Shown: positions 60,296-64,000 of the stretch, one piece after another
How the letters are laid out: each line of letters begins with the position of its first letter
Numbering within the stretch: the stretch's first letter is position 1
DNA from: Nitrosopumilus sp.
Lineage (GTDB): Archaea > Thermoproteota > Nitrososphaeria > Nitrososphaerales > Nitrosopumilaceae
Assembly (NCBI GenBank): GCA_965203315.1
Contig: OZ241857.1
Coordinates: 576,001 to 640,000 of the forward strand
DNA: 64,000 bases
Reading direction: 5' to 3'
Notes under the pieces: model-generated
What the model was told of the DNA's origin: nothing
Database searches by the model: none
What the model saw: only the letters and a program-made list of their open reading frames with translations
Made by a program: the position numbers and the translations under genes

Positions 60296-61788
60296 AGAGC
60301 CCATTCATAATTCCCTTTTCATTAGTCCACAGTTTTGATAACTTTGTAAAATATATTGTAATCAACGTTGCAGAGCAAAGTTTGTAACACGAAATGCAAA
60401 AGATAATGTCCAGTTTGATAATAAAATATTCAAATCGATGCAAAGAATATACAAATATCATAAAAATCCAAAACATCGTGCGCAGTCGTATGGTGCTGCA
60501 ATACACTCTGTGTTATTTGATTCCGGCTATCTCTTTTAGCTTTTTGAGTCGCGCAGTTGGTCTGTCTCTTATTTTATCCCAAAGACGATTGTAATTAACC
60601 AGAGTAGCTATTCCTTGCATCAGTAGGTTGTGATCATCATCGTTTCCTTGAAACTGGTGCTGCAAGATTGCATACTGTTTACCTTCACCTATTACATTCT
60701 CTATTATTACACGAATTGCTCGTTGCCATCTGTTAAACTCCATCTGTTCTTTTGTGAGTTGACCTTTTGGTGGTCTCTTGTATGGTGTGATTACATTAAC
60801 GCCAAGATAATCTTCGCCAGCTGATATGTACACAGCATCCAAATAGAGATCAAACTTTTCCTTGTCTGGCGTGTTTGGATCTTTCATTGCTAGCCCCCAT
60901 TTACCCCAGTCCAGTTCCATCTCTCTAAGAATCACTATGTCGCTTTTAGGCCCAGGATATGTCTTGGTGATGTCCAAGATCTCTTTTCTGTTGTTTGTCA
61001 GAACGCCCTCCTTTACTGTATGATGGTGCTTGTATCCAGAGTAATAGTCTTCATTTAACTCCTCGTCTGTAGGTACATTAATGAACGACTCTGTACAGTC
61101 TCCAAACAGTTCTAAATTTGGTATCCACTCTTTGAGCTCTTTAATCGTCTTGCAGTTCTTGATTGCTTTGCTGAATCCACCAGTTGACGCAAAAAATATC
61201 GGAAGAAACTTTTGGACATATGCTACATACCTTGATATCGTGGGTTGCGATATTGAAAAGTGGCTGCCTAGTCTATCTTGTGTTAACCCTGTTGTCATGT
61301 ATGCTAATGCCAAAAATAAGATATGTCGTAACGTGACCATACAGACTTTTCCTTGTCCAAACTCTGTATCCGAACATTGTGGTACTCTTCCACACTTGTC
61401 TGCGTATTTGTTAAATTCGTCATACATCTCATCAAATTGCTGTGGCGTCATCTTTATGTTATGATGTAGTTTATTTGGGTCGTCGAGTATCTCATCAATT
61501 AATTCTAGAGCATGTTGTAGACTCGTCTTTGTCTCATCACGTTTATCTACATATCTCCACATTGCTCTCTCTGATTCTAGTTTAGATTCAGCTTTGGCCA
61601 GAGCCGCTTCTGCTCTTATTCGTCTCTTTCTCTCTGATTCTAGTTCAGATTCTAGTGTACAACAAGTTTGACAATCCATGTTTACTGTACAACAGATTAA
61701 AACTAAAGCATTACTGCTGAAATGTGTTGACAAAATGGTAAAAAACTAGAGCACAATACGAGCCAAAAGAGAATTATGAATGGGCTCT
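60296..61788 (-). mobile_element. IS5-family (ISL2-like) insertion sequence
   Basis: Perfect 18-bp TIR AGAGCCCATTCATAATTC; 3-bp ATA target duplication (60293-95, 61789-91). Confidence 0.93.
60513..61733 (-). CDS. IS5-family (DDE_Tnp_4) transposase with N-terminal coiled coil
   Basis: LGSHFSISQPTISRY, GDCTE, YSGYKHHHTVK, LDAVY, RVIIENVIG; paralog of 866..2029. Confidence 0.88.
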   Translation of the reverse strand: MSTHFSSNALVLICCTVNMDCQTCCTLESELESERKRRIRAEAALAKAESKLESERAMWRYVDKRDETKTSLQHALELIDEILDDPNKLHHNIKMTPQQFDEMYDEFNKYADKCGRVPQCSDTEFGQGKVCMVTLRHILFLALAYMTTGLTQDRLGSHFSISQPTISRYVAYVQKFLPIFFASTGGFSKAIKNCKTIKELKEWIPNLELFGDCTESFINVPTDEELNEDYYSGYKHHHTVKEGVLTNNRKEILDITKTYPGPKSDIVILREMELDWGKWGLAMKDPNTPDKEKFDLYLDAVYISAGEDYLGVNVITPYKRPPKGQLTKEQMEFNRWQRAIRVIIENVIGEGKQYAILQHQFQGNDDDHNLLMQGIATLVNYNRLWDKIRDRPTARLKKLKEIAGIK

Positions 61789-64000
61789 ATACGTATAATA
61801 AAAGATGTCCTCTTTGGTTATTGCCTTGTCGTTATAGTGATCTTGGTATTGTGTTAAGATATAGTCTGTAATGTTGATTCTCTTCTTTCCATTTTCATAT
61901 GTGTATAATGGAAAACATTGACCATGATGGATTACTTCTAGATCAGGAGTGATATCAACAATGAATGTGGATGGGTTGCCGTGATATTTGTAGGGGACGA
62001 TGATGGCGAGGTTTTTGGTAGTTTCGGTTGGAAATATTTTTGAGATTTGATAATGACTTTCATTGTATATTTCATCAAAGTACAAATATTGTGTAAAAAA
62101 TGGCCTATACGCTGCTAACCTAATTTTATTTGTTTTAAAAATCGGCGTCTTGTTTTTTAATCGGTGTATGAGTACTGAACTCCACTTTACTTGTTTTGGA
62201 TCTCTTTCAGGAGACTTCAAATTTTGTTTATTACAATAATCTATGGTTTTTTTCATGTTGTTTGACAATATGTTTTTAGATGAATTATATGCCCAATATT
62301 GTCTAGCAGTGTTTATTCCAAGCGAATATAACTTGAATATGGAATCAGAAGTCTTGCCAGCCTTGGTCTCTTTGTTGCCCATTGCTGTGTACTGTTCAAA
62401 CTCGTCGGAGCGTTGACCAACCCAGTCGTGGTGCTTGTCGGGTGTGATGGTATCCCAGTCTTTGATACCTTGTATCGAGTTCAACTCTTTAATTCGTTTA
62501 CGTTTATCTGGGCCAGAATAGTATTTGTCTTCCAATGCTTTGTAGTGGATGGTGTGTTTTTTCTTGTTTGGGTTTTTGACTAGAATTACAATTGCGATTG
62601 GAGTTCTAGAACCACCAGTACTTTTCCCAGGATACTCAAACACATTCCGTCCATCACCTGTACGTCTGCCATCACCTCGCAGGTCAAAGCAGTAAATGTC
62701 GGTGAATTCCTCGTGGAGAGAGGCGCGGACGCCTGATGTTGTGTCTGAGTTGATGAAGCTTGCGTTGGTTACAAAACCAATGATGCCAGATTTACCTATT
62801 CGATCTGTGGCCCAACGTAAGGAACGTATGTACGAGTCATATAATGACTTTTTATCATGTGTTGTTGCTTTCTGCATGTAGGTTTTGACTATCTGAGCAT
62901 CCAATTCTGGATATTGTTGGTTAGGATTTTGATCATCAAAATTACTCTGGCCTTTAGAATAAGGTGGATTCCCCATTATCACGTGTAGATGAGACCACCT
63001 CTGAGCATGTACTCGTTCATGTGCCTGTTTGAACTGCCCTGTAAATGGTTTGAGTTGTACTCGATGTCTCTCGTCTTCTCTATATTGTGGATTTATCTTT
63101 AGAGTATCTGTGTAACTGATGCCGTCAAACGGTACATGTCTGTGTCCATGTCGTACACTAGAGTATACCGTCTCGATGTTTACAGTTGCGACATAGTATG
63201 CTAGCAGGATCAGTTCGTTTGCGTACAGGTCATGCTTGTACTTTTCATAAATGTTGTCGTCCAGATATCCAGAGTTTATCAGTTGTGCAAGGAACGTTCC
63301 TGTGCCGGTAAATGGATCTAGAACCTTGACCTGTCTGTCTGCAAATTCGGTGCCAAACTCTTTCTTGAGAATATACTGTACACTATGTATAATGAAATCG
63401 ACTATCTCTATGGGTGTGTACACAATGCCGTGCTGTTCTGTGCCTTTCTTGTCTGCTCCTTTGAAAAAGTTGTCATATATTTTCTTGATAAACTCTTGTC
63501 TAGCTGTATCGGTTTTAATTCTGGCTATCTCTTGTCTTGCTTCTTCATAAAAGTCGTCTAGCTCTCTTAACTCTTCCCCTAGTCCTATCTTTTGTACAAT
63601 ATCCTCAAATGCCTTTGATATTGGATTCTGTGTTGTAAAGTCTCCTGAAAAGAGTTGATTGAATATTGGTGCTAGAACCATGTGCTGGGATATAGCTTGT
63701 AATGTACTTGCAAATGTTACAGTATCGTTTATCAATATTTTGAGATTCTCGTGAAACTCTTCAATCTCTTTTTTGATAGAGTCGTCAGTTTCAATTCTGT
63801 TCTCGATCTGAGCCAAGATGGTTCGAGATTTGTAACCAGCTGTCTCGCCAAATTTATCGTAGTGATTACTTTCGCCCACCATCTTTACGATCTTGGACTT
63901 GGCCTTGTCGAAGAAACTAGTAAGAGGCTTGGTCTCTGTAAAGTCTTCATCAAGTACAGATATACTGGTTCGTGCAGTTAATTCGGATGTGACTTCTGTA

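Larger units (their letters stand above)
59468..64000 (-). pseudogene. Type ISP (LlaBIII/LlaGI-like) restriction-modification enzyme interrupted by an IS; 5' part outside the window
   Basis: GIVYTPIEIVDFI, LDPFTGTGTFL, GNPPYS, EDIFYYTY|GVLH...LPRIP...YTVNGRTPIEWVIDRY; frame open to the window end. Confidence 0.9.

Overview
AT-rich archaeal DNA, most consistent with a Nitrososphaerota (Nitrosopumilaceae-like) mobile element such as an ICE, plasmid or genomic island. The taxonomy is inferred from a TFB homolog, FlaI/FlaJ-like pilus proteins, a CxxHPW cupredoxin domain and leaderless TATA promoters. Almost all genes are on the minus strand. A backbone (wHTH protein, thermonuclease surface protein, TFB-like, ParB-like, pilin-like/adhesin genes, prepilin peptidase-ATPase-TadC/FlaJ, major pilin, large surface proteins) is interrupted at nearly every intergenic gap by cargo. 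The cargo comprises seven restriction-modification loci (five with inactivating or start-codon lesions), a triple tandem antitoxin/PIN array, an MNT-like/HEPN pair, a subtilase, a NERD nuclease, TPR proteins, a putative secreted toxin/immunity pair with an orphan module, and six IS transposases plus MITE/IS remnants. The most striking unexplained pattern is at three independent loci, where a cargo cassette is followed by a diverged copy of the 3' end of the upstream backbone gene and then a second cassette. This suggests integrase-free additive stacking of defence cassettes by homology arms. No tRNA, rRNA, CRISPR array, integrase or reverse transcriptase was recognised. All family assignments come from motif recognition by eye; no database searches were run.
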